Origin: Octopus bimaculoides
Lineage: Eukaryota
Assembly: GCF_001194135.2 (NCBI RefSeq)
Contig: NC_068993.1
Location: 15,494,509 to 15,530,004 of the forward strand
DNA: 35,496 nucleotides
Direction of reading: 5' to 3'
The position numbers and the translations under genes are program-made. The notes under the pieces were generated by a model, which had not been told where the DNA came from, ran no database searches, and saw nothing but the letters and a program-made list of their open reading frames with translations. Shown piece after piece: positions 35,225-35,496 of the stretch. The number at the start of each line of letters is the position of its first letter. The first letter of the stretch is position 1.

Positions 35225-35496
35225 TGTAGTATATTGCCACTTAAGTGTGGCTGACCCCTAGGGGTGGATGTTACTGTTGCTTTTAGCCCCAGGAGGACAT
35301 CTCCTCCAGCTGGCTTATCGACACACGACTGTGTCCTGTTTGCCAAGGGAGTTATCCCTCTCACCACGGCCAGCAGCACGAACGTATCCGGATTTCAGGG
35401 TTATTTCCCTTCGTCGGCGTTCGACAGCCGATGACCTTGGTGAGAGAGAAAAACCTGGCAAATCTTATATCTTCTTTTCCAGTGGCATTCTTCACT
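35225..35496 (-). mobile_element. Hairpin-rich, HHR-bearing element (PLE pLTR or retrozyme-like), cut by the window end
   Basis: GC-richer than the flanks, with several short perfect hairpins and an HHR fold; abuts (TA)n. Confidence 0.55.
35379..35423 (-). ncRNA. Minimal type I hammerhead ribozyme, near-intact
   Basis: Minus strand CGAACG-CCGACGA-AGGG(AAATAA)CCCT-GAA-ATCCGGAT-A-CGTTCG: 6-bp stem I, 4-bp stem II, palindromic loopless stem III, AUA cleavage triplet. The core has a U4C variant. Confidence 0.72.

Noticed and set aside
35240-35330. HDV-like ribozyme fold (hairpin followed by GGCTAA on the minus strand)
   Set aside because: I could not assign P1, P2, P3 and P1.1 pairings.

Overview
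AT-rich eukaryotic DNA, most likely intronic or intergenic, with dense microsatellites and 8 N-gaps. The repeat families look like octopus (coleoid cephalopod); that is an inference from recalled repeat families and was not confirmed by a search. No complete gene is present. The window holds many copies of three tRNA-derived SINE families (A, B and C are my labels), a mariner transposase 5' remnant, three 3' fragments of RLE-type (R4/Dong-like) non-LTR retrotransposons, a Penelope GIY-YIG endonuclease fragment, a piggyBac-type MITE and a small foldback element. There are two unidentified coding candidates: a 99-nt exon at 6540-6638 and an ORF at about 31413-31778. The most interesting signal is a set of minimal type I hammerhead ribozyme (HHR) motifs. 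One is near-intact on the minus strand at 35379-35423, inside a hairpin-rich element. Two are decayed and sit in the arms of a Penelope-type inverted repeat at 20271-20520. A tRNA-like Pol III head fused to the end of the Penelope ORF (22220-22344) shares a linker with the lead-in of the HHR-bearing repeat, which suggests a tRNA-headed, ribozyme-containing Penelope terminal or non-autonomous element. Almost all ORFs in the supplied track are microsatellite or N-gap artefacts.
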